Source of the DNA: Tubiluchus corallicola
Taxonomy: Eukaryota > Animalia > Priapulida
NCBI GenBank assembly: GCA_030141605.1
Contig: JAQGDQ010000444.1
Span: 20,737-84,736, forward strand
Direction: 5' to 3'
DNA: 64,000 nt
The position numbers and the translations under genes are program-made. Shown in pieces: positions 12,749 through 26,300 of the stretch (positions within the stretch are counted from its first letter, which is position 1; each line of letters starts with the position of its first letter). The notes below the pieces were generated by a model. The model saw nothing but the letters and a program-made list of their open reading frames with translations. It was not told the origin of the DNA and did not search any database.

Positions 12749-15700
12749 TTCTTTCTTTGGGACTAATAGAATTGGAGAAGCATAAGGGCAATTTTCAGCG
12801 GGAACAATTACATTGGCTTTCAACATAGTGTCTATAGCCTGTTAAACTACTGATTCTAAATTTGGCTTCGCATGATAAGGTGTGTAATCTGTCATTCTTA
12901 TTTTAAATTGAATTTCTGTGGTTCCTGGAGCGTCAATAGGGTCTTCCGCAAAACAATCTACATATCTGAGAAGTATTCGAGTGAGTCTATCTTTAACTAC
13001 AATATCTGAAATATTGTCCAATTTTAATTCCTTTAAACACTTTCCGTGGCATAATATTAACAGATTGTTGGCGAATGCGTTTTTGTAACAGGTTCCACCT
13101 GCAGCATTTTGTAGTGACTTTTACTGTGTCATTTTCGTCAAGAATGTGAAATATATTGGGAGCGTTATGTAATATAACTTCTGCTTTGTATGGCGTCTTT
13201 TGTAACCTGCAGTCTTGGGGTAGTTTATATTTCGTCGCATGGTCCAGTGTTTCAACATGAAGTCTGAGAGTATAGGTAGGAGATGAATCTTGCTTCTATG
13301 TTAAACCTAAAGTAGAAGAACATTTGATTCTGCACTTGAGAAGCTAACTGTTGAACCAAATTCATAACCTCGGTGCATTTAGCAATATTAGAAACATGAT
13401 ACATGAGCGTTGGATCTTGTTCAAAAGCAAAACTGAGTACATCATTACGAGATATAATTACATCATCATTACCGCTATTACACAAAGACACATAAACTTA
13501 TTTTTTGTGAGTTTTTACAATGCTGGGTAATATGTCACAAGCAGTTTCCTTAAAAATAGGTAATACACTTGATTTAACGAGTTCTAAAGTATGTACACCT
13601 GTTTCCTTATCCTTATGAATTTTTCCCGTAACATAGGCCGTACCAAATGTGCAAGATTTTGTTGGAATAATTATTTTAGCGGCTGCTTTTACCAAAAAGG
13701 TTTGTCCGTCTCTGGCTGGCGAGATTAATTGAAGTACCTCTTGATTTATAACTAAAATACCATTGGCGATGTCTATAGCTGCTTGAGTATCTTTAAAGAA
13801 ATTCTAACCTAAAATTACAGGTTTTGAAAGTTGTTCAACCACATAGAATAAAACATCGAGCTTCTGCTTTGCTATTGTGACAGTTAAAACACATTTACCT
13901 AATAATTTTAAAGTGCTCTTAGAAGCCGTATTAAGTAAAAAATTATCTTCAGGAGGGGCGAGATTCTTTTGTATCTCTACAGGAAGTTTATTAAAAGTTG
14001 TGCTATCTAAAACGCTAACTTCTGCACCTGTGTCTAATATTGCTGAACAAGAAAAATTATGAATCTTAATATTACAACATGGAGCTATACTCTCTGTACA
14101 AGCAAAAGAAATATATTTTTGTTGAGGGGAAACTTTACAAAAATTAGAATCGACTTGATTAACTGGAAAAATGTTTACACGTTGGGAATAATTCGGTCTG
14201 TAATTATGCGACTGTGACGTCAGTCTGGAATATCAGAACTACCGAGCAGCATTGCAACCCCTTCGAATATAGTAGAACTGTATTCTAGTATGATCTTGTG
14301 TATGTCCCATACTTAGGTTGCATTAATAGCTTAATTTAGCTAATTGCTTATGTTAATTGAATGAGTCATTAGTCAATTACTCATTAAGCGAATATGGCTT
14401 CCGACGAACATTTATTAACAATCGAAGTCAAGACTTAATTACTGTGGCGACACAAACTTATTAAAGGGCACTGACACACCACCGAGCCGTGAGGCGAAAA
14501 CACCAATAAACTGGCTATTATTTGTTATTTGCTGTAAACGGAAATTCAGGAGATCTGGTGCAGAAACAACCAGGCGATGACCAGACGTTGTATCAATGGT
14601 AGTTCCACGAGCTGCACGGGTCAGGACTCCACTGCACTCTGCTAGGATTGGAGAAGTAACCACTTACGACTTCGGTACACCTGACAAGCATTGTAGAAGT
14701 GGCCACGTAAAATTCCACCCCACCCCCTGCTCCAGCTTTGGAACAGTAACTGCTCAAGATTCCACGAAGTTCGCATAAGTCTTCTGTTTATCGTAGGTTG
14801 TCTGGAAAAGTTGTTTGTAATTATAACAACTTTGTTGTTGTTTTGGATTAAAGTGAATTGTTTTTTTTTAGTTCTTATTATTTCATTAAACCAAGAATTT
14901 ATCGGTAATATTAAAAACTGTTTTGTTTGGTTCTATTCGGAATACATGTCTGTGAACTATGCTTAAATGGAAATATTCACTGAACCCGCGTGTCAGCACG
15001 TATCAGAAATTAGTAGCAAAAAGTGTTTGTGGTGTCGTAACGAAAGCGTCCTATATCACAGGTGATACACCACATATCACAGCGACCATTCTGACGACCG
15101 CTAATTTTCACGAATGGCCGCCTTTAGTTTGCCGGTCTAGAATTAATGCATCGTCTATTAAAATTGTCAGGTTGTGTCGCATTATTGTGGTATTTGTCCG
15201 AGGCGTCCATGTACGAGATTGTGTTGGGTGCGCAGAGTAAAATTATTATGTCTATTTGAGGCTCGCGGTTGAAATCTAAAATCTTAGTTCATTCGATTAT
15301 TACATGAAGATAAATTTCCGTTATTAAAGTTATTGAAATGGAGGGTTGGGTCGGTTAGACAAACGATTATCATTAAAATGACTCATATTCGTGCCGAATT
15401 TTCGTGCATTATTATTAAAAACTGATGGGACGAATTGCCGAATTTGTCTTGGTTGTGAGTTAGACTGGGTCAATGAAGCCACTGTCTTGTTCAAAGTCTG
15501 AACTAAGCTCTGTACATTACTTAAAAAGTGACCTTGTTGTGACAATGAATCTGCAAATAGTCGTAACGTATTTGGAGTCATATCTTGTGGGTTTTCTTGC
15601 AATTCTTGCGAAGTTAAATCAAATTCCATAGGCTGAGAATTATCTGGGAAACAGGATCGAAGATATTGACACATTTCAACAGGAGCTCCCCTATGTGCTG

Positions 15701-16800
15701 CTTCAGTTATTGCTAAAGTTAAAGTTATGGGGAGGCTCTCTGAGTAAATATTGTCTGACTTGATCTCAGCGTATACCCAATGTAAATAATTGAACTAAAA
15801 ATGACTGAAATGCCTGTTGTATAATTTCATCTTCCGATTTAGCAATACGCGCTAATGTCATTATCCGATCTCTGCTGTCTGGCTCGAGTTAATCCTATAA
15901 AAGCTTTATTAATCATTAATCTATCTGCATAAAGATCTCTTTAAGCATTTTTCAATTCTTGCGCCGTTCTAGTTTCAAGATTTGGATATTTAATAAGAAA
16001 GTGAGCAGCTGTGCCTGTAACAGTTCCCAATAATAAATGTTTGTAGGCGTGACCCGTGAAGGTAGTAAAGTCGGGGTTAAATTTAAAGATTGTTCAATAT
16101 TATCAATACAATCTCGATATTTCAAAGTGCCGGGTTCGCCTGAAAATTTTGGTAAATGTTGGATTTGTTGAGTTAGTGTTTGTTGCACCTGTGAGTCTAG
16201 ATCACGTAAAAATTGTGTCTGTTCATTAGCTCATCTTAAATCACCTATTCTCTCTCCCTGTTGTAAATTTTGAGAAGCGTGGCAAGAAGCAAATGTTCGG
16301 GCTGCGGTGATTGTGGCGGGTGTGCCGATTTAGTAGCCATGACAAAAATAGTCTTTACAAGCAACGTCCATTTGTAATTAAATTACAAAAGTGAAAGAGA
16401 GAAATAAAAAATTTACAGAATGCTGAGCAATTTACAATAAGTGTATTGAATGATCTTTACGACCCCCCAAAATGCTTAATATACCATTTTGAGTTTATTT
16501 ACAACCCACCAAAATAATCATAAATAATCACCTGTGAAAAGCCACGACCGGCATGGCAAAACTAGTAAAACTCAAGTTAAAAGGCAACACGTTTATCAAA
16601 CATTAAACACAGTAAATATCATGATCATAAAGGATAGTAATGCCAAGCCTTCTGCGAATCAGTTCCTAGTTCTTTTCGATCTGCCTAGGTGTCGGGGATG
16701 ACAAAGCTTTTACTAAACCCTTCATGCACCATGAGCTTCGGCGCATCGACCGCCTACGTCAGTCGGTCGATTATGAATCACTTGGTCACGTGATACCACA
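12749..16800 (-). mobile_element. Decayed Ty3/gypsy LTR retrotransposon (gag, protease, start of RT)
   Basis: Gag-like LPKFSGEPG at 15952-16188. Aspartic protease AILDTGAEVSVL at about 14010-14045. RT N-terminus MLKANVIVPAENCPYASPILLVPKK at about 12755-12830. Possible PBS TGGGGGGTCGT at about 16459-16469. Many stops and frameshifts; the outer boundary is approximate. Confidence 0.8.
14213..15081. mobile_element. Solo LTR nested in the gypsy remnant
   Basis: Starts TGTGA and ends TCACA (5-bp terminal inverted repeat). Flanked by a 5-bp direct repeat GCGAC at 14208-14212 and 15082-15086. Confidence 0.75.
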
Positions 16801-17479
16801 CCTTAACTGGGCTTCATGCCAGCATTTCATCAGAATTAATATTTAGCATAATTTAACACTTTTAACACAATTTAACAGCTCTTCTTTACTCAATGCGTAA
16901 TAGCGACTGTGCATAAGTGTGTAAACACAGTTTTCAGCGGCAGCAAGTAATGAATAACTTTAATCTGTAATTATAACGCCTAATCTTATGAGAACATGGT
17001 GTATATTACACTGTTGATAAGTTATCGGGCCCACAGGTATAAAAATAAACAATAGGCCAGAAGAAAGTAGGATGCGCGAAAGTGTAATTGTGCTGCGAAG
17101 GCTCATTATGCCAGTTCACCGGGGTGTATCAAAGGTCTCTCAATACCATCTCTGAAACATCACGCTCCACGCATTGACCAGTCCGTGCCAGTCCGTCCAC
17201 ACTACGACAGTAATTGCTGGATTGTTTATAGGCTCATGAGTAGAAAGCTTAAAGTCATTTTTCTTCACTTAGTTGCATCGCAACACATTGTCTATTAGAA
17301 TATCATTACACCATTTACAACTGTCAATCTAGGATTTTTTAAAAAAGAAAATATCAGCTCAGGGAATCCCAAAAAATTAGAATAGTGCTCAAAATTAAAG
17401 CCCATCATTTTAACTGCCATGTTTTCCATAGCTTTAGCTTTCACATTCCCACGCCTACACAAATCTCTCAACCAATGAG

Positions 17480-18378
17480 AAAAATGGTACTTTACTATCA
17501 CGCATATTCTGGCCTGCAATGTGGATACGGGTTGTGCTAATCTTCTGAGCACGTTGTGATGTCCTTTATCTGTTTCGGTTTCAACTTCACGTTTCTGCGT
17601 AGCTTGTTGAGAGCACATTCTGCTAAAAATTCCTTGCATCTCAATCGGTCCACTTTAGCAAGTCTCTCCTCTGGCGGGAATCGGCATGAGCCAACTCTCT
17701 GAGAAGTGGCTTCTATCATCTAATGCATCTCCGTGTCATTCCTACAGCCACTTCTAGTGTGTTGTTGTTGTTCTTGTTGTTGCTGATTATGCTGGCATTG
17801 ATGGTTCTGCGGCTCACCAGCACGATTTTGCTTTATCTCATTTTTGGGGAAGAAAGGCCAACTGCGGCACTTTGTGTGGAAATATGGCACTTCTCATGTG
17901 AATGCTGTCGTCCATTTTTTGTTGCAAATCAAAAAGCACGTTCCACCTGTATCTTATCTCGCGGATTTTTGAGTAAAACCAAGTAGTGAGTGTTTAGACT
18001 GAGAGTTCTCGTTTCTTTACTCTGCTGAAAAAAATTATATGTAACGAAAACCACGAAACAGGGTTTGCAGTGTGCTAGCTTTGTGAACATGTCCGTCGTC
18101 CATTTCGACGAGGCCAGTTCGGACATCATGCCGTCCACCACCACTAAATCTCCTGCCAGTAATACCTCATTTATGTCATCGCTGTACTCTACTTGTTGTA
18201 ATTGTTTTCAGGTAGCAGAGTTTGCAATATCCACAATTCTCCGGGTTTGATATCAAACAATGCGCTCCGATAGAGGATCAGATTTTTCACAAAAGTGCTT
18301 TTCCCGGCACAAACTGGGTCCGGCCATCAACATGGTGCTACCAAATTTCAGTCTGGTATAAAAAGTTTGCTCCTCCAT
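17480..18378 (-). mobile_element. Polinton/Maverick (adintovirus-like) remnant: A32/FtsK-type packaging ATPase plus adjacent small ORF
   Basis: Frameshifted Walker A (AGPS-CAGKSTFV), Walker-B-like LVVVDGMM, then DMFTKLAH..FVTYNFF..RTLSLNTHYLVLLKNPRDKIQV. The downstream fragment FLAECALNKLRRNVKL resembles a small ORF I recall from Polintons. Confidence 0.8.
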
Positions 18379-20935
18379 AATTAAAACACTAATTGATAGA
18401 TTAATTAATTAATTGATTAAATTTTAACCTGCTAAACACGCATTCTTTTATAAATTTTGTGTTTGTGGAAAACACATTCTACTAGAAACTGTGGGGGCGA
18501 CTTGCTTGTACAAACACGTTTTATTGGAAAATGCATGTTTAACATTTTGGATCCTATCATGGCCCTCAAAAAAACTCTTGCTCTTAAAACTGCCCAGTTA
18601 GATATTAACTCCTACCCAGTTACCTATACCAGTAAAAAGTCAAGCTCCTACTTCAATAGTGTAAGAAGAGTTGACTAACACACATTTCTTGTTTGGCCTA
18701 ATTTGGCTCCTGTCCAATCATTAAATAATCCCAGCAGTTAAAACCGTGGTTGCACAGTTGTCTAAGAATATCTATATACTTTTGGCAAAAAATTCATGTC
18801 TTGCTTAAAATTCTAAGAAGAAGTGAAAAAATAATAGTAATACTGATGAACCTGTACTGACCTTAACTTTCATTGCACTGCTACTGTTTAGTATAGCAAT
18901 ATGTAGTGGTCTAGCCCAGTTGTCTGTACACCAAGTTTTGTGATTCTAGGTAGTATAATCATTATAGAATTTTTAGAGTGGTTCTATATATGTTTTTTCG
19001 TATAGGCTATAATATATAGGTTATTTTATTACTTTAGTATGCTCTCATTCTGTAAACCCCCCTATACTGTCCTTTTTAACTGCATTCATGTATGTATGTC
19101 TTGACTTGGCTTCTTTCTGTCATGGTCTACAGACAGAGCTAGTTTACCTGGCTAGTTGGCAGTCTGTTCTTGGCTAAGAGAGTTGTTGTTGTTGTTTTGT
19201 CTCAGTTAAACCATTTATTTGTCAAGAGCAGTAGATGATGTAACCATGTAACCGAGAGTAGTAACCATGATGTAAGTTTACTTTGATTATTCAGTCTGAC
19301 TTTATTAATAATTTCCTTGTTTCTTTTTTGGCTCAAATTACTTTGTTATTTTTTGTTATGATTTTTTTTACAGATAAAACGTAATAAAACTACTCAAGCA
19401 TGAATTTTTTAACTTTGGGCATCATGAAGTAGTAGTCTCTCACACATAGCAAGTGAATGACGTTGAACTAAATTCGTTTATTAAACCTATCACGTAATTA
19501 TAGTTGTAATATAATTTTTCTAGCTTTCACTAATGTCACGATTTTATCATTTGTCATCAGTATCACTATGTACATTGTTAATGTTGACTAGTAAATTAGT
19601 TGACTAGCTTACTGACTAGTAAGGTAAATAACATTCTTGATTTGTATTATTATTATTGAAGTGTTTTAGTTTTTGGGAAGTGTTGGTACTACGCATTTTA
19701 CCGTTATGTGTGTCTATCTTACACAAATGTACTTAAAAAATAAACGTTTGGAATGAAGGCTGGTGATATATTTACAATATTTACTTATAGAAATGTAATA
19801 AATTTTTGATTTTTATTGTTTGGTGTTAATTAATAGATCAATTGACAATAATAGAACTGAATCAACAAACAATACACGTGCATTAATTTATTCTCATTAT
19901 TAAAGTTAATCATATATATTAATTATTTAACAACAAAAACTGTAGTTCTTTTCCTCATAAACAAATATTTGGAGTCCTCAGGAGGAGACTTGAGAGTCGA
20001 ATTTCGGCTGCTAATGACGTTAAGCAAAATCCAATTCTTAAATTAACAACAAACATTGTAGATGTTTTTTGTGGAATGATTGGTATTGCAGCTCTTCACT
20101 GACGGAGATGTGCTGGTCATTCTTAATTGTTTTCATCGAATATCTTTCAATAAACCTGCCATTATGATGTCGAGCATCATCAACATTAGCCTTCGTGTCT
20201 CTTAATATGTTTATTAAATGAGAACATAATTCGTAGTATATCTTTGTTTATTATTTCTCAAATGTGTGTTTCTTATGTTAAATAATATTGAGTTTGTAGC
20301 TAATTCGTCGTTTGTCTATCTGTTCTGATAATGTTAGATTCTCACGGTAAGGAAGCTCGCCAGGGACCCACAGCCTTAGATCAAATAAAGCTTGCTGTTT
20401 CTTTAAGTATTTATGGTGTGTTAGCAAAGTGTTCTAGTGATAATCTTGCCATTCTGACACATTTACAGCATTTTAAGCTAAACGGATTATGACACTCTCC
20501 TCATCAGGCCATCGTATATCGTAGGCATGGGTGTGGATCTCCACAATGACTACTCATTTGTCATGAGAGCGGAGCTTTTAAAATGATTTGTGCACAGGAT
20601 TCTGAATATCTCTATGCATAAAATAATTTCAAGTAATTATCAGCACCTGACTAACTTAGTGCAAAAATAGCATTTACTTTTCTGATAACAAAGATAAACG
20701 ACAGTTGATGTCATAACATATTCACGGTTCGTAGAGAGATATACACGTAAGATTTTCTGTTTGACAGGTAAATGTGTTCAATCTTGCACATCACACGTAC
20801 AATAAGAAGGCTTGACGAACCACAAAATTGGGCCTATTTATAGCCATGCATGTGCATATTTTTGTACACAATTTGATTTGCATTTTCAGGAATGTGATAA
20901 ATACAAAATATTGATTACTATCCTTTTCGCAGAAA

Positions 20936-22697
20936 ATGCAGTTAAGATTATGTAATAGGAAGTTCATGTCAAATAAAATCATGTTTACTCCAGTCTGTGG
21001 TGTATTTTGCAGTGTTGTTGTTTTAGTCATCCACTTTGCAAACTTGCCAAGCGACAGCGATTGCTACAAACAAGGTAATTGTAACTAATTATTCGTCTTT
21101 ATTCAATAATTTATATGGAGTTGAAATTAGTGAAAGCTAGTGAAGTGATGCACAAGCGTGAAACGGATATTCTAAACAAAATTAAAGCACAATTAATTCT
21201 TGAAATTTTGTATTGGCCACTTACATACTGTCTTATTGCATACAGAGCTTGTATCAGCAGCTTCTAAATTTAAACTACCACGATGACCTGTAACCACAGC
21301 CATTATGACAGCAGGTGTTTGAAACATGTTTAGATTGCATAAATTGCTACATTGAATAAGGCTTGAAAAACAACCCGAGTAACTTGATACTGTCAGCAAG
21401 AACACTAACGTACTTTTTGGTAAATTAGACTACCCTGTGAGGGAGCTTCGATGCTGTTATACCAGGTGAAGCGAACATTACTAAGAAAATTATTAAGAAA
21501 TGTCCAATTACATAAGCATTTATCGTTATGCTAAGTAATGTAACTTTGTTGGAAAGTTTCTTGATCAATTCATTCCTTTCTGTTTAATTTTAGTTATAAA
21601 GTTTAAAGCAAGTCGTAGGCCTACATGTAATAATTCAAAAATTAAAGAAATATGTTAGGAGAGATGTTAGAGATTTTACCACTTTGTTACAGTAATCTTG
21701 TATCAGTTTTTAGGCTTAGTTGATTCAAATCATATTAATTCTCTTTTCAGAAGAAGTGAGAAGAGATGCTTTTAATCACGATGTGAAGCAAGGAAACTTG
21801 TGCGACTTCAGTAATGGGCCATTTCTATGCAAGAATTGTTCATTCTGTGATGAGATTGTTGCTGATACTTATCAAACAAGAACAGCACTGGTAGAAAGAG
21901 CATGCACAAGACAATATGCAGACGAAATTTTTGGTGGAAAATTTAACATGTGGACACAAACATACGTTGATGACATTCATCGCCTGGCTTATTGTTCAAT
22001 ACCTAAAGTGGCCTCAACGAATTGGAAAAGAATTTTGCTTAGTTTAATGGCTGCTGATGCAAGTCTTAGTAATGATTTATTAATTCAACTTAGTGATTTA
22101 GATAAATTACCAGGATACACACCTCATCAACGTGCCCTGAAAGGTGATCTAATAAAACAAATATCAAGATATTCTGTCTACTTGCAGTCATTTGTACTAA
22201 AAAAGTATAAAAAGTTTATGTTTGTTCGCCACCCATTTGAACGTCTACTAAGTGCTTTCAAAAATAAAATTGAAAGTAAGAACTTTTCTACAGAAATTTC
22301 ACACATGGCCCAAGTTCTTCGAAAACAAAACATAACAATTTCAGATCATATTGTAAGTTTTACAGATTTTGTCAGGTACTTGGTTGTTACTCATCCAAAA
22401 TTGTATAATGAACACTGGGCTAGAATGACTGACCTATGTGATCCTTGTACTGTTAACTACGACTTTATTGGAAAGTATGAGCACATAGAAGAGGAAAGCA
22501 AAGATTTTTTGAAAATGTTGAATGTTTATCATAGACTAGAGTTAACCAAAAAATATGAATTCCGCAATACTGGCCACATCACCAGGTTAATGAAACATTA
22601 TTACAGTACGCTGCCTATAGAACTTTTAAGAAAACTGTATAAGATTTACAAAGTTGATTTTGTTATTTTTGGATATAAGCTCCCGGCAGCAATTTGA
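20936..22697 (+). CDS. Carbohydrate sulfotransferase, HNK-1ST/CHST8-14 family (CHST11-like); 2 coding exons, about 361 aa
   Basis: Exon 1 at 20936-21074 encodes MQLRLCNRKFMSNKIMFTPVCGVFCSVVVLVIHF (TM) and ends CAAG|GTAATT in phase 1. It joins exon 2 at 21751 (CTTTTCAG|) in frame. PAPS motifs 5'-PSB CSIPKVASTNWKR and 3'-PB FVRHPFERLLSAF, plus NEHW and CDPCTVNYDFIGKYE. AATAAA at about 22714. Confidence 0.92.
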
Positions 22698-22803
22698 GAC
22701 GTTAAAGTCACTTAATAAACAAAGTTGTTATAAAATGTCAATGTATTCGTCAACGTCTGCATCGGCGAAAAATGCCTGGTAGAACAGCAGGTTTCACTAA
22801 CAT

Positions 22804-23300
22804 TATAAATACACTTATAATCAAAAATACGAGAACATCCTACATAGTCCTCATTTACAATGCAAAGCCAGTAGCAGCTTTTACTGAATTAAAGTTATAA
22901 GCAGAGTATAATGGATGACGTCAGAACAATGGCTTTGCATCAACAGTTTTCCAAGCGAAATTGCACGAAATGGAACATCCAATCAACTCATCACAGCTCC
23001 TAATGGCGGATACTTCCTAAAATGTACCTCACACCATCGTGTAGCCCTGTTCTTGCCCTTTCTAAAGAGTGATATATCTCCTTTCAAGAGTCCTGCTATG
23101 CACTGCTAGGTAGTTGGGTCCGGGACGCCGTAGCCCCACCACGAAATCTAAATATGACTATGACACCCAGCGTTGAGCAGACTATCTGCTGGCACCACTC
23201 CCGACGCATTCCTGTTCTCTAGAAATAAGAGGTAATAAAATTTTGCAATTTTCTGCGAAAAACAGTCAAAAAATGCCGTTTTAGAGGTTTTTCGCCCCCC
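22804..23300 (+). repeat. Dispersed repeat of about 500 bp (non-autonomous element-like)
   Basis: Collinear similarity to 55870-56420 (TATAAATACACTTATAATCAA...ATGACGTCAGA.CAATGGCTTTGC...GGTTTTTCGCCCCCC) and inverted similarity to about 55600-55845. Confidence 0.75.
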
Positions 23301-26300
23301 CCCCGTTCTATCAGAATAGTATTAGCAACAAATTACCTAAAGTTTGCAAGGCCTCGTAAAGTGAGAAAAAGACGTATAATCTAGTTGCAACGAAGAAACA
23401 TAAAATATTTAAAACATTTAAATTATGCATGGCTTCACAAGAGTACCCTTATAATACAGGACTAGCAGCGCATGACGAAGAGCTCGTGCCACCTGGGGCG
23501 ATGTTCGGATAATGTCCTCAACAAGTCCTTAGTAATTGCTGGTTTACTGCTCTCTGACAGAAATTTATAAATAGCGGCAAGTTTTACAAATTAAGTGAAA
23601 CATGCAATTTGCTTGATTCAGATAACTGATTCAGTCAGATGCATTAATTACAGACATCTTGCAGGGGACGAGATTAACCAGTACTGACGACATAAAAGAC
23701 CCAATTGAAAATGTTGCCTGAGATAACCAGTTAGACTCCCTCATCCAGCATGCAGATACAATGACGGCAAAGGACTAAACTTGCCAAAAATTCTCAATTA
23801 ACACTTGACAGACAAGCACATTCCTATTCACCTTTACCCTCGTCATAGCAACCAACCCACAGCCCACTAGGGAGGTCTCGCTCCGTTTTCACCCCCATCA
23901 TGCTGCCTAACATACATCATTATCTTGTTATTCAGATGCAACACATCGTCAGTATAAAAATGAGATCAATGCTATTCCTAATTCGAATGTCGTCATTCAA
24001 GAGATTTAGATAAAGGATGACAGCAAACGGTATCAATCCAGTTGTTCATATTAAATTCATCACTGGACATTTGTACTATAATAGATGTTCTGTCTAATGA
24101 ATTCCATAGAAAACAGTAGCGCTAGAGTCAACTTGGTTACCAATTCTGCCACATTTCACCACTTTATGATCACTGGAGCTATAGATTTACGTCTCTAACG
24201 TAAAATGACATCAAAAACCACATGTTCTTTCCAAACTACTAAATGCATGATGAATTGTGAGATGCCCTTTGAGATGTTATTGCTGCAATTCAAGTTTATT
24301 ATTGCAATAGAGCAGTCATCAATCTGCTTAAGCTTCCGAATAGATACATATAGTTGTTCGACAATTACTAGAACTGTTGAAGCATTACAAGAATTGATGC
24401 TGTAGGAAGTTTTGTCTAAAGCATAATTGAGAATCCGAAATGCTTCTCAAATGAAACCTCCAACGCTGAAGAGGAGGCTGTGTAGTGGAGGCCCAATTTT
24501 GTGTATCTGTGACGACCTAAGCCGTCTATGGTGATGCACTGCTAATAATTGATTGACTTATTTTTTATTAATGTATCTTTGATGACAATCCAAAATGTTT
24601 CGTTATTATTGGTATAACATTGATTGCCATGATTGTTAATGCGTTTTATTAGACTTGTGATTTTTGTTGCCAATTGATTTTTTGTAACATTAGATGGAAG
24701 CACTTTACAGGCTTGAGTGACCAGAGCCTGGGTCACATGACCAAATTTACCTACCTGGCCAGGTATTGGCCTAGTTTCGTAGCTCAAAGTAAAAAGAGCA
24801 AATTTTGTTGATAGCATGTTACCAGTTTTGAACACGTGTGTATGCCTCGAAAGTGAAAGCCACCTCATGGGCAATTTGGTTATTGGTTAGAGAGGCTTTG
24901 GAAAGAAACTTATTTATTCACGTAACCTCCGATGTGCTTCTTGATGGTAATACCAGTGGAAGCCATCCAGGATAGAACATCTCTGTTGCTTCCCGTACGG
25001 AATGCTTGTCTTTAAACTTTTCCTCTTATGGAGACTGAGTTCCAGTTTGGTTGCTTAATGTCATTATCCAGCGCTGTACCGTCTAGAAGAGTCAGTTTTC
25101 ATTTGTTGGAGATATAGGAGCCGAAAGTTTTGGCAGACGTGTCCTGGAAGCCATATTGGATACGTGGTAGGAAACTTGCTACGATTCGTGGTTGGAAACA
25201 TGGAAACATGGATTTCGGGCGAATACGTGGTAGGAGCATTGCTGATGGTATCCGTTCCCTGGACAGTTATGCTGGGCCATCCCCGTAAAGTTGAGTAAAA
25301 AAATGTTAAATTTTATTAGGTTTATCCAGTTGAGTATTTCTGAAACATTCGAATTGACTATGTGAACCATTTGTATATTGCCACGTCAAATATTATTGCG
25401 TTTCAACGTGTTAGTTTACGAAAGAACTTTATACGCCGACATATTTTTTCTGCGAGAATCGAAAATAATTAAATATCTTCTTTATTATTATTATTATTAA
25501 AAATCCTGTTGTTTGGGTGATTGTATTCCTAGAGAATTAAGGTAAAAACCTAAAGCATTGTTCACACTGTTTTTGTTGTGAATAAATTTAGGAATATGAA
25601 TTTTGGTGAATAAATAATGGAGTTATCAGTCGAATTAGATTCAGATGATAAACTCACAAATCCCTGTTTTCGTGAAGTAAATTTATACGGTTGAACAAGA
25701 AACTCCTCCAGCTGGCCTCTCGAATTTAATGAGTTAGAATTGTCACACGATTTGTAGAAAGTGCAGGTGTAGTGTTCGAGAAAGACACTATTGTTTAACT
25801 AGAATACATGCAGAGTAGGAGATAATTAATAGAATGTCTAGAGCGATTAAGTTGTGGCGTGCAAATAATTTAATGAAGGGAGCCAAGGTCTAGTATCAGT
25901 GCTCATCGACATTAGAAGGAAATCAAAAGTTATGCCGACCAGACGGTATGGAAGTCTCAAAAGTGACAAAATTTAAGAAACTCGTTACTGGTTGTAAAAT
26001 CAGGAGTGAAAGGAAAGTCGCTGTCCAGGAGATAGCAGATGTGACCAGATGCCAGAGGGTGCAATATCTCGAAGGTCAGCTCTCAGAAATATAAGCTCTG
26101 GTAAGATTCTCCATAAACATACACAACGGGGTGACGTTCGCAAGCGCCACACACCACGAGAGTTGAAGGGAGTCTGACAGTGGTTTGCTGCCATTCCGTG
26201 TGTCCGGGACATCTTCTGCAAGGCAAGAAGCAACGTTTGCCCAGCGTAGAGAGGAATCTGCGTATTTAGCAAAAAGCATACTCCAAAAAATGAAAACAGA

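Noticed and set aside
23900-25150. Possible highly decayed LINE RT (FYTDD-like on the minus strand near 23945)
   Set aside because: It is too degenerate to support beyond one motif-like word.
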